From Podarcis muralis (taxonomy: Eukaryota): DNA of 64,000 bases. Shown here piece after piece: positions 38,472-49,302 of the stretch. A model generated the notes under the pieces. That model was not told the origin of the DNA. It made no database searches and saw nothing but the letters and a program-made list of their open reading frames with translations. The position numbers were made by a program, and so were the translations under genes. The DNA lies in the NCBI RefSeq assembly GCF_964188315.1, contig NC_135667.1, forward strand, positions 22,568,001 to 22,632,000. The letters are read 5' to 3'. The stretch's first letter is position 1, and the number at the start of each line of letters is the position of its first letter.

Positions 38472-39731
38472 TACACACATTTGCTACTGCAATGGCATTT
38501 CAGGACACTTTCACCCCATGATACAACTGATGAAATATTTCCACTCCCCTTTGCATCGGCTAATGGGACAACTTTAAGCCCATGGCATGGGCAAGATACC
38601 AGGCAAAACATGAGCCCAGTATTTTGCTGCAGCCTATCGGCCCCTGTGCTGCCAGGAAAAGGTATTGGACATGGAACAAGGCTTCCCCAAACCTGTGTTA
38701 TAGGATAGAAACATTCTGCTTTCACATAGGCAGCAAAAGGGCCAGCCATTCAGATTGCAATATCAATTTACCATCAGGAAATGTTTGGGAAGACTGACAG
38801 GGAATATTGTTTTTCAGACATGAACGACTGTTTCTGGTGCCCAGAAGACCGTCACCCAAATGAAGATCGGGATTTTTGCACTCCCAAAGTTGTAAGCTTC
38901 CTGGCTTTTGAAGAGCCCTTGGGAATCAGCTTAGTCACTTGTGCTCTTTCATGTTCCTTAATCACAGCTCTTGTGCTCGTGGCATTTATGAAGTATCATG
39001 ACACTCCTATTGTCAAAGCTAACAACAGGAATCTTACCTACCTTCTCCTTCTCTCCCTCCTGCTCTGCCCCCTCTGTGTATTGCTCTTCATTGGCAGACC
39101 TTGGATACTGGGGTGTCTATTCCGACAAACTGCCTTTGGCATCATCTTCTCCATGGCTGTTTCTTCTGTATTGGCAAAATCTGTCACTGTGGTTCTGGCT
39201 TTCATGGCCACCAAGCCTGGTTCTAAAATGAGGAAATGGGTGGGGAAAAGACTGGCAAACACCATTGTTCTTTCCTGCTCCCTTATGCAAGCAGGTATTT
39301 GTGCTATATGGCTGGCAACCTCTCCCCCATTCCCAGATGTTGACATGCATTCTGTGACTGAGGAAATTATACTAGAATGCAATGAAGGGTCTGTGACTAT
39401 GTTTTACTGTGTCTTGGGGTACTTGGGCTTCCTGGCCATTGTTAGCTTCACTGTGGCTTTCTTCGCCAGGAAGTTGCCTGACAGTTTCAATGAAGCCAAG
39501 TTTATCACATTTAGTATGTTGATCTTTTGCAGTGTCTGGTTATCTTTTGTCCCAACCTACCTGAGCACCAAGGGAAAATACATGGTGGCTGTGGAAATTT
39601 TTTCCATCTTATCATCCAGTTTTAGCTTGCTGGGTTGTATATTTTCCCCGAAATGCTACATTATTGTGCTGAGGCCTGAGCTGAACAATAGGGAGCAACT
39701 CCTCAGGAAAAAAAACCTGAATACAATATAA
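18094..39731 (+). CDS. V2R gene C, complete six-exon vomeronasal type-2 receptor (866 aa)
   Basis: Exons 18094-18281, 20105-20396, 23563-24417, 28508-28732, 30303-30429, 38818-39731; sum 2601 nt = 867 codons, all GT-AG, no internal stop. Confidence 0.88.
19637..19794. mobile_element. hAT-type MITE
   Basis: TIR cagtggcgtagc / gctacgccactg; perfect 8-bp TSD gtcattca (19629-19636 / 19795-19802). Confidence 0.9.
20105..20396 (+). CDS. V2R gene C exon 2
   Basis: ttgcag|t [17 protein letters not shown]|gtagg; 292 nt. Confidence 0.93.
22078..22834 (+). mobile_element. Solo LTR (757 bp)
   Basis: Starts TGTCAG, ends CTGACA; 5-bp TSD attat (22073-22077 / 22835-22839); aataaa near 22760; CpG-rich. 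Confidence 0.88.
22840..23260 (+). mobile_element. Old L1 ORF2 relic
   Basis: [31 protein letters not shown] resembles the L1 [17 protein letters not shown] region. Confidence 0.6.
23563..24417 (+). CDS. V2R gene C exon 3
   Basis: gtag|VTYGSAP..QQPWQ|gtaatg; 855 nt. Confidence 0.93.
25560..26300 (-). mobile_element. L1 3' fragment (ORF2 C-terminal cysteine motif)
   Basis: [41 protein letters not shown]; A-rich end near 25560. Confidence 0.85.
26600..27230 (+). mobile_element. L1 3' relic interrupted by a MITE
   Basis: [16 protein letters not shown] before the MITE; EVFLLGIMG after it. Confidence 0.7.
26678..27070 (+). mobile_element. Tc1/mariner-pogo (Tigger-like) MITE with internal 8-bp repeat array
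   Basis: TIR cagtggtgcc / ggcaccactg, TA TSD, subterminal gcaagacg repeats, internal (taagccgc)n. Confidence 0.9.
27748..28108 (+). mobile_element. Sauria SINE (young subfamily)
   Basis: gggacgcgggtggcgctgtgg head, B box ggttcgaatcc, tail gtacctttaccttt; 16-bp TSD tataggcatgtcaaac (27732-27747 / 28109-28124). Confidence 0.95.
28172..28249 (+). pseudogene. Stranded 3' end of a V2R exon 3 inside gene C intron 3
   Basis: [26 protein letters not shown]|gtaatg, the same ending as real exon 3s (PWQ|gtaatg). Confidence 0.75.
28508..28732 (+). CDS. V2R gene C exon 4
   Basis: cccag|[22 protein letters not shown]|gtatg; 225 nt. Confidence 0.92.
28950..29116. mobile_element. hAT-type MITE
   Basis: TIR cagtgctttttt / aaaaaagcactg; imperfect 8-bp TSD accatccg / gccatccc; TIR shared with 41874-42017. 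Confidence 0.75.
30303..30429 (+). CDS. V2R gene C exon 5
   Basis: gtcag|[31 protein letters not shown]|gtaagg; 127 nt. Confidence 0.93.
31609..35349 (-). pseudogene. L1 ORF2 (APE endonuclease + RT + C-terminal Cys motif) with one in-frame nonsense codon
   Basis: [42 protein letters not shown]; TGA at 32377-32379, and ORF 31609-32337 continues in the same frame (~1246 codons in total). Confidence 0.93.
35370..36461 (-). CDS. L1 ORF1p (363 aa; coiled coil + RRM/CTD)
   Basis: Open ORF with heptad region, NLRLRAIPE and [11 protein letters not shown] motifs; stop codon 20 nt before the ORF2 ATG. Confidence 0.9.
   Translation of the reverse strand: MSGTGKTRAAKAKEAKEKEKEKEKEKKQTQLVQTTLTQGRRSSVPAVLGSQKAEIEKPKNSAEEDMAAGGSEGVLKQILEQLAALNQKVDNQSLKIDQATSSIQKLTDQVSQHTQAIEKLQGATAENRNLAGEAIQIATAAKKEIEEVKGEVRPLHKQIGEQQAYLSLVELKNREKNLRLRAIPEIEQEDLIGFLTTEFSKFWNIKEESDFKITSAFRLGRLVRKDRPRDCLIILRSREERDKILGLHFANALEIQDKRAQIYRDIPKQLLDLRTTYSELAKLLRLNTIRYRWEFPQGLSFTYKQKKVKIRTPEDLQKFLHDHGEDLQKEAAAHWPLPKSGIPPGGGPGPSPSEPEDKEETPL
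38818..39731 (+). CDS. V2R gene C exon 6 (7TM)
   Basis: tttcag|AC ATG AAC GAC TGT; open to TAA 39731. Confidence 0.93.
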
Positions 39732-40550
39732 TTTTCTAGCAATACAAACTGTGTGTGTGACCTTTGTTTCTGACCTAAATGCTGATGCCATTCTGAAGAG
39801 ACAACTGTGATGGTTCATAAACTCAATTATAAATTAAAAAAATCATTCCACCCAACTCTAATCTGAAATTCAGAGACTTTTGTGGAGACTGAAAATAGAC
39901 CACCTCTTCATCTAGTCCAATGTTCTGCAAGGTAAGGATCTCCACTCAAACACCCATGACAGATTGCTAAAAACCTCCAGTGAAGGAAAGTCCACAAGGA
40001 AAATCTGTGGGCTCTTAACTTTGCAGACTTCCCTTCCTAGCCCCAGCCACACTAACCCCACCCTGTCCACAGGGGTGTATGAAGGGGGCGGGGCGATGGG
40101 TGTGGTCCACTCCAGGTGTCATCCCTGAGTGGGTGACAAAATCCTTCCTGGGCAGGGATCACTAGCTACGCTGCTGCCTGTCTATTTTCCAGTTCCTACC
40201 AGCTTGCAAAAAGAATAAACCTTTGGCTTGGCTTTGTTTGTTTTTTGAAAAAAGACAACCCAAGGCAGAAGGATGGATGGTTTTATATATATATACCCAC
40301 CCCCCTTCACCATCTCACTTTCTATGATCGTGTTTTTGTTGGTTGTTGCATGTTGCTGATCCTTCAAGTTCTGTCAGATTGGGGCTGGGGACTTATTTTA
40401 TTTCGGGTAGATGTAGCAACCATCTCCAATTTATCATAGACTGTGTTTCTACAGAGATCATGAACACATGGGCTTTGCTCTCCATAATATTATACATTGG
40501 CTCCCAGTATGTTTCTGAGCACAATTCAAAGTGTGGGTGCTAACCTTTAA

Positions 40551-40893
40551 CGCCCTAAACAGCCTTGGTCCAGTATACCTGAAGGAGTGTTTCCACCCCT
40601 ATCGTTCTGCCCAGGCACTGAGGTCCAGTGCCGAGGGCCTTCTGGCGGTTCCCTTGCTGCGAGAAGCCAAGTTACAGAGAACCAGGCAGAGGGCCTTCTA
40701 GGTAGTGGCACCTGCCCTGTGGAACGCCCTCCCATCAGATGTCAAAGAGAAAAACAACTATTAGACTTTTAGAAGACATCTGAAGGCAGCCCTGTTTAGG
40801 GAAGCTTTTAATGTTTAACAGTCTATTGTATTTTAATATTTTGTTGGAAGCCGCCCAGAGTGGCTGAGGAAACCCAGCCAGATGGGCGGGGTA

Positions 40894-40940
<47 letters not shown>
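40551..40940 (+). mobile_element. L2/CR1-type LINE 3' fragment with (ATT)n tail
   Basis: LNSLGPVYLKE..RAFxVVAPALWNALP, 3' UTR, then (att)n at ~40895-40940. Confidence 0.8.
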
Positions 40941-40941
<1 letters not shown>

Positions 40942-41280
40942 GCTATGCTCCCCATTCCAGCATGTCAAATACATCAGTGATGTAAATTGCCTTGACTCTT
41001 TCTATTAAAGCAAAACAGATGCCACACTGTGAAAACTATGGCATCACTATTTCCAAGAATCTTTCTTCATTGCTATCTTCTGCAACAAGGTCCCCTGCCC
41101 ATGGGCAGCGGGAATGCACAAGCAATCAGAGAATCCCATTGTATTGATGGGCCTCATTTGGCACCATTTGGTAAAATGAAAGGTCTTCGGTGTCCTCATT
41201 AATAAATCGAGCAGAGCCATATTTGAACTAGAGAATGATGAAATGGAAGCAGAAATAGAAATAGAGACGTGTGTGTGTGT

Positions 41281-41430
41281 GTAAGGTTTAGTCCTCCACC
41301 TGGCGGCTGATAATGTCTATATGCCCAGTACTTGAGTCAAAGTCTACCTACATCTGTAATCAATAAAAGTTGTGACCAATTTTAAATTCCTAAATAGTGT
41401 CTTGTCTAGTTGTTTATACCTAGTGTTGCT
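41281..41430 (+). mobile_element. Short LTR-like relic
   Basis: cctacatctgtaatcaataaaagttgtgaccaattttaa matches ccctacatctgaaacttaataaagttgtgaccagttttaa at ~5358-5398. Confidence 0.35.
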
Positions 41431-41846
41431 TCATTTTTGCCCACAGGAGTAGGGGTGCTGTGAGTGGGTTTGCAATATAATTACCAAGTTCTTTAAAAAT
41501 GTCATCAGTTGCTCCCAGTTAACAGTATATTGAAGCGATTAAAGCAGTAATATAAGAACACATAAAATCATATAAAATGAAGAGAACAGAAAATTAGAGG
41601 ATTCAAACCTATAGCAGAGTCCAGTCACAGGTAAGAATTTTAACTCTTAAAAAAATCCTGCATGTTTATTGTTCGACATATTATTTTGTGTGTGAACAAA
41701 TTATGCTGGATGAAAATTATATATATGGTTGTGATGGGTTTTTAAAGAGAATGGACAGTCTACATGTTCATCTCAAACATTTCTTTCTCTCATCCCCAAA
41801 CTACACAAAAATCTCTGAAAAGACACTATACACACTTGCATCTTGC

Positions 41847-42276
41847 CTGTGGAACCTTGTAGAGACCTAAAATCAGTGCTTATTTTCCTAAAAACTGTTT
41901 AGGGGTACTCTCATTTTCCTATTCATATTGAAATACTGCCCCTCAGTGAGGCCAAACTTAGATTCACAAAATGTTTAGGGGTGTGCATAACCCTGTGTCC
42001 CCCAGAAAAAAGCACTGCTTAAAACAGGGAGATTTCAGAGTAAAGTTCTCCAATGACTGCTCTCAGATTATCCCATGCATCACACTTGTAGTTGGGACAA
42101 ATCTGGCCTGTGTTGAGAGAAGTTCCATTGTGGCATGATAGCTCCACCTTTCACTGAAGTAGCTGTCATAGATGCAGAAACCCATGGTAACACTGGACAG
42201 GAGCTGGTTGTTTTGATTGATCTCTTTGACCACAAATGTCAAGGCCAAAGTATGCTGGTAGTTTTTAGTAAGGGCA
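41847..42276 (-). pseudogene. Orphan V2R exon 2 (frameshifted, MITE-interrupted)
   Basis: gtag|t ALTKNYQHTLALTFVVKEINQ..FVP/NYKCDAWDNLRAVIGELYSEIS..LGLYKVPQ|gc; 1-bp deletion, donor GC instead of GT; no neighbouring exon 1 or 3 recognised. Confidence 0.88.
41874..42017. mobile_element. hAT-type MITE inside the orphan exon 2
   Basis: TIR cagtgct..ttt / aaaaaagcactg; imperfect 8-bp TSD cctaaaat / cttaaaac. Confidence 0.72.
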
Positions 42277-42949
42277 CTACAATGAGAGCTGCATGCAACA
42301 TCACAGGGAAATTCTGTACTTGGAACAAATCCTTGCCACTTATTTGCAATTGACCCAAAACATGTGCTTCAGGAGAAAGCTTATGCCATAATTAATTTGT
42401 TCATCTTTAATGTGCTGGAAGAGCCGTTGTTGGTCTTTTCTGCAGGAGACTGAGCTACCAACAATTTAACGATATGATCCTCATTAGCAACTACATCATC
42501 AAAATTAAATCCAACTATTTAGAATAAATATTGATTAAACTGAATTGCTGAGTGTAGCAGAACTGGCACAAGTCTTTTATGGCTTTTAGCATAAAGCTAC
42601 CACCCCACCTCAGCTCTGATTGGATCCCCTAACATTCCCTGCTTTCTGCCTCTGGAAACAGAGGAGAAATTTAATTCAATTCAAATTGAAAGATGAACAT
42701 AACTAATTCACACTTTACAAAACAGTATGTGAACTGTAATGCAGCCATCATTTAATTTTTTGCATCTTATAGATGAAAATATACAGATTGAGACAGCAGA
42801 AGGGGAAGAGAGATCGATAGATTCTGTATATGTGAGAGACATGGAGAATTTTGTGTTTGCAGATATTGAATGAAATGCTGTAAAAAAAGAAGAAGCTGAA
42901 ATTCAGTCTTATATAAAAAAACTGCTTACAATTAATAATTTTAATATTT

Positions 42950-43842
42950 TCACTTAATTAGTCGTTCCCTTTTGTTCAAATCAGGCCTCCAAACAATAAT
43001 GTAACATTTTGGTAAAAAGATGAAAGCCAGTAAACCAGCACCAGAGGCTAAAATGGAGAAGACCTCCACAGCCACCATGTATTTTCCCTTGGTACTCAGG
43101 TAGGTTGGAACAAAGGTCAACCAAACACTGCAGAAGACTAACATGCTGAAAGTGATAAACTTGGCTTCATTGAAACTATCAGGTAACTTCCTGGCAAGGA
43201 AAGCTATGCAGAAGCAAACAATGGAAAGAAAACCCATATAGCCAAGAAGACAGAAAAACATAATCACAGACCCCTCATTACATCCCAGTATAATTTCTTC
43301 AGTCTCTGAGTGCATGTCAGCATCTGGGAATGGCGGAAAGGTTGCCAACCATATGACACCAATTGATGCTTGGATAAGAGAGCATGAAAGGACAATGGAT
43401 ATGGCCAGTGGTTTGCCCACCCATTTCCTCATCATGCTTCCTGGTTTGGTAGCCAAGAAAGCCAGAACCACTGTCATGGTTTTGGCCAATATGCAAGAAA
43501 CAGCAACACAGAAAACTATACCAAAACTAATTTGTTGGAGAAGGCATATTGCTTTCAGAGGTGGGCCAATGAAAAGCAAAGCACAAAGGAAGCAGAACAA
43601 GAGGGCAATGAGGAGAGTATAGGAAAGGCTTCGGTTGTTGGCTTTGACAATGGGTGTGTCATGTTGCTTGATAAATATTCCTAGAACCAAAGCAGTGAAG
43701 AACGAAAAGAAAATTGAAAAAATGGCTAAGATGATCCCAAGTGGTTCTTCATAAGACAAGAAGGTTACTGTCTTGTGAACACACAAATCTTGGTCCTTGT
43801 TGGGATACTGATCCTCTGCACATTCAGAACAGTCATCCATGT
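42950..43842 (-). CDS. V2R gene D exon 6 (7TM)
   Basis: tttcag|AC ATG GAT; open to TAA. Confidence 0.95.
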
Positions 43843-46800
43843 CTGAAAATTGGAAGAGAAAAATGGTTTATTTTGTTTTCTCGAACCTCAGTGTATTTCT
43901 CTTGCTCTAATACTGCAACAATGTAATAGGGTTGTGACAGTGTTATTTGGCATGGGATCTTATCATAGAGTTTGAACTGGATTTTGTTATGCCTTTCTGG
44001 AGATTCTGATTCAGCCAATTAAAAACAATATCATCAACAAGAACATCACAACTTGAATTGCCATGTGCTTTGGAAACTACATTAAATTTAAGCCTGTACA
44101 CTGAAGGTCTTACCATCAAGGCTTGAAATCTTCCCATTTGGACAGGGGATGCAATCATAGCAGCAAAATGGTGCCCCTTCCTTCATTTTCTTGCTATAAC
44201 CTGGATGGCACTTGTCTGAACATACAGAAATAGGCTGGGCCTTTGCATAAATGAGAGAAAATGATGAAAACCTTGTCATTACATACCAGTGATACAAATA
44301 ACGGCTAACCTATAAATTTCAAAACAACAACAACAAACAAACCAAAAATTATTCAGCAAATATATTTGGGCAACTACATAGACATTTTACACAAACTCAA
44401 TTACCTCTATATCTCTGTATGTATCTTAGGGCTCAGAATTATAGCTTTCTTTCCCCTCTTTCTTTCTTTTACTTTTCCATCTTCTTCCATTAATTTTCAA
44501 CATAAAATGGTAGAAAGACAGAAAACTGACTACATGACTTGATTTCAGCAAAACAATGGCAGTGTCTGAGTTTACTGATTAAAATGGGTCTATTGATTTC
44601 AATGGGTCTACTCATGGAGAAATGACATTTCAGCTATCTATCTGTTATCTCTTGTTGAGAGAAGATAATTATGTGCCGATTGATTAGTCAGACATGTTGT
44701 CTGACTATTAGTTTGTAGATAAGTGTAATCAAGCAAGTTAACCTGAAATGCTTTGATTGAGGCCATTTTAAATTAACCTCAAAATGCTTTGATTGAGTTA
44801 GAGCAATCTGGCAAGCTGAGAAGTTGTCATCATGCCCAAACACCACATAATCACTTTTATAGCTAAGGAAGACTCTTTTTAAAATACTTATTGGACAAGG
44901 AACATTGTAATTGTAAAGAGACCCCTCCCCATCTTGTGGTGGAAATCTACAGTCTGATTAAACAGATGAGGGGAATCCCTGTGTATAAATCTGTATTCCC
45001 TTTTCTGTTTCCTGCTACTAAAGAACTGAAGAAAATGAAAGTAAAGTGGCTATTGCTAGCCATGGAAAATGATTTTTTTTAATGAAATAACACATTGCAG
45101 CTATGATTTTGAGGTGGAAATTACTTTCGTAAACCAAGAAAGTCTGTAATAAATATTATTTTTAAAAAGGAATTATTAAGGTAAGCTGAGTTGCTAATAT
45201 TAAACAGAACATCAAAAGCATCCAGGGTAGTAAAAATACTTTTGGATCTCCCAGTGACTGCTGGTATTGTTCAACAATTGATGGTTGAACAATTAAAAAT
45301 GGTCAGATCAATGTGGGATCTGCTCCTTTTCTCTGGTGTAACTCTAACTGTACTGCATTTTAAAGTCTTGTTTTCCCTCTGCTGAGCTCAAACCAAATCA
45401 GCCAATGGTAGCCCTGCTCCTGCATGGAATTTTGATCCTATGTACTGTATGTTTGCTTAATTTAAGATGGCATAATTTGTGGTGGGTTCCCATCCTTAGG
45501 AATGTTCCCTTACTGTTTGGTCTTAATTGGAAACTTTCAAAATTACTTGAAACTACCTGCTTGAAACCACTGTGCCATGTGATGTCACCTTCATTAATGG
45601 TGAATGCTTTTGCTCTGGCTTGCAACCTCCCAACTTTCACTCTTTGAAAGGATTGATTTAGGAAAGTCACCCAGTTGATAATATCAAATCCAGCTTCCAG
45701 TTCTCCATTCTGGTCAAAAGAAATCTCATCGCCAGCACTGTTGTTAAAGGAGACTCTCTTCACAAAGTGATGGAGCTAAGATGAGAAAGAAAATATATAT
45801 TCTTCAAATATTTCAATGGCTTACATATGAAACTGTCTTCTCAGTAATTTCAGTACTGTCTACTCCACTTGACACTAATTCTACAAGATCTACTGGGCAG
45901 ACTCAAGAGGACCTAGAACAGTTCATGAATCAAAACATCTTTGATTTAAGAACACCATTCCATTAATGCATACTGGACTGGTGAGTATATGGGAGACCTG
46001 TAAGCCCAAAGGACATATGTAGGCTATTTTAAGTTTTGTTTTGCCTCATCAAAGGCCTGTGGTATAAAAAGAAGGCCAAAAGAAGAAACATGAAGAAATA
46101 CAGCACAAAAGGATATCTCTCATGTTGTTCCGGAACATTCCAGATACATCCCATATAGGCTGCTTCCCAGCAATAGCCAGTGTTTCACTGGAAAAAACAA
46201 TGGTTGGAGCTGCATTTTATCCCACTGCTAATGTTGGACTCTTCACCACTCATCATTCACAATATTAATTCGACAAATTGCTCTTATTCTGGACTAAAAG
46301 CCATCACGTTATCAAATAATTAATTTCTGATTCCTTGATCAGAAAAGAAGAGTGTAGCTGAAGGAGAAGGGAATGGAAGTTCCATGAGAATTCATTCCCC
46401 TCCTTTTGGATTGTTTTAGAAATATCAGAATGATATATTTGATTGTGCTGGGAGAAAAGATTACTTTTCTGGGGCCAATAAAAAACTGGAGGACTACAAT
46501 GTGTGTAGAGCTCCTAAAATGTAACAGTTTCTATATCAAAAGGTATTAGGATATTTTTATCTACAGTATCTATCTATCATCTAGCAAGCATCGGTCTATC
46601 TATCTATCATCTATCATCTATCATCTATCATCTATCATCATCTATCATCTATCTATCCGCATTTTACATTTAGATATGGTGATGAGATGAAAGTAGTAAA
46701 GCGGATAAGTTCATGAAAATGTTGCATATGTAGGAATTGTTAAAAACAGACACAAACATGGTGCTAACTCATATTGACATGCTTGGGCCATCACCTGCCA

Positions 46801-49259
46801 GGGCTGCGGATCCTGAAAATTCATTGTTCTTCTGTGTTTGAATAATTGCATGGCATGCAAGCCGTGGGCCACAGCATAGACAGCATTGTAGATATTGTAG
46901 CTGTGGCCAACCATCTTCATTTCAAAAAAATCCCCAGAGAGGCTGTCGAGCTTCTCACTTCCAGTGCAGGATTTCTCACCTTCTGTGCTAACAAATATAT
47001 GGGGTGAAAGACACTGGAATGCCTGTACCCAGAAATCACTGATAAAACTATCTTCTTTGGTCCCCAGATGATTTCTGGTCTGTAGGAAATCGTGGAATCC
47101 TAATACTTCATTGGACTGAATGGTGAAGCCCAAAGCACCTTGGATGACTTGTAAATCCCAGCCCTTTTGATAAGGGTATGAACTGAGTTCCTGCTGGACT
47201 GTTAGAATCCACACTTTACATTTGGGCGGCATTATGTCATATTCAATTTCTGGAATGTATAACAGCCATCTGAACGTTACCATGTTTTCTGCATAAACAA
47301 CAACTGCATTGGCATTACTCTCCATGGAAACATTATATATTCTCACCATTGAACCTATAGCTCCATACAGATTACTAAAAGAAGTTGCTTCAATTCTTTC
47401 TGTGAAGGAAAAACAAATTCCCCGTTGGGGAAACATTGCTGTTATTGTCCACACAAATCTATCTCCATTCTCATCATTTGTGGTAATGACCCCAATCCAT
47501 GTCCATTGGAAGTGCAAAAGCAACAGGAGAATTCCTTTATGCTCATAAGTTTCATTTGGGACCATCTGGTAGAATGAACAAGTTTCAGTTTTATCAAATG
47601 TCAGTGGAACAGAGCCATATGTGAACTGTGGAAAGATATAAGGGGGATAGGATGGAATGGGATATGTTAAGAGAAATAAAGAAGCCTGAGTGTACTATAT
47701 TTCAGTATGATTTGAATACACATTCCAGTGTGTTTCTATATTGCATGTGTAATACTTATTTATTTTAAATGCCATTATGGTTATTATTTAGAAGTTAGTT
47801 ATTAGTTATTTTTAATAAGCTGTCAGTATACTTTTATATACTTTCAGTATACAGTGGTGCCCCGCAAGACGAACGCCTCGCAAGACGAAAAACTCGCTAG
47901 ACGAAAGGGTTTTCCGTTTTTTGAGTCGTTCCGCAAGACGAATTTCCCTATGGGCTTGCTTCGCAAGACGAAACGTCTTGCGAGTTCTTGCGAGTTTGTT
48001 TCCTTTTTCTTAAAGCCGCTAAGCCGTTAATAGCCGCTAAGCCGCTAAGCCGCTAAGCCGCTAAGCCGTTAATAGCCGCTAAGCCGCTAAGCCGCTAATA
48101 GCCGTGCTTCGCAAGATGAAAAAACCGCAAGACGAAGAGACTCGCGGAACGGATTAATTTTGTCTTGCGAGGCACCACTGTATAATTGATTTATAATGTT
48201 TATATAATCATTTACATTTATAATGTATTTATATAACATTTGTATAGGGGTGTACACAGTGACGGCCAAATACATTTTACCATTTAGAATCATAGAATTA
48301 CAGAATTGTGGAGTTGGAAGGGACCACAAGGGCCATCTAGTAACAACCCCCTTTTCCAAGTAGCCTTACTGGATATATCCCTGCAATGCAGGAATCTTTC
48401 ACCCAACATGGGGCTTAAAACCAGAAGCAAAGGTCAGGTGACTTTGTCATTTATCTGTATGTCTTATGTGCAGGTCTGAAAATTTATCTCAAACACGATG
48501 TATCCACAGCACAAAGTCATATATATCTGGGGTTGGGGACTATCAGTGGTCATGATATGTCCTACCTGTGGAACTTTGTACATGCCCAATAGTGTTGCCA
48601 TGTGGAGGGAGGTTTCAGAATAAAGAGCCCCAATGACAGCCATCAGTGGGTTCTGAACACCACATTTATAGTTTGGGGAAAATCTGTTCTCTGCTGAAAG
48701 AAGTTGCAATATGCCAAGGTAGGTCCAATGTGGAACGAAATAACATTCATAGATATGGAAGCCCAAGGTAACATTTGGTAAGATATAGTGATTTTCATTT
48801 ATCTCCTTCACAGCATACACCAATGCTAGAGTGTGCAGATAGTTCTTAGTCAGTATACTATAATGAGATTTGGATGAAAGATGAAAGTAAGAGTTTGTTC
48901 TTAGTAAAACTTTTACAGTGTTGCTCTTCACAAAGAGCATATGCTACAGCAGATACCCGCACCCCAACTTTTCAGTTATTTGGAATAGGGATGCATGCAA
49001 TAGGGAATATATTTGGAATAGGGATGCATGCAAACCCATTCTATGACTGCTTGGTGACTGGTGATAAGCTTTTTGGAAAGACGTAAAGGACTACAATTCA
49101 GTATAAGCCTGAGTTTGTAATGATTGATGTAATTGCTAGTATTCTTTAGGAAAATTAGGAAGAGATTACTATCAGTAGCAAAATCACTGGCTTCTAATAT
49201 TCTTGAGGGCTTTTAAAAGCTTGAATTCACAATGGAAATGGTCTTGTCAGAAAACTGAA

Positions 49260-49302
<43 letters not shown>

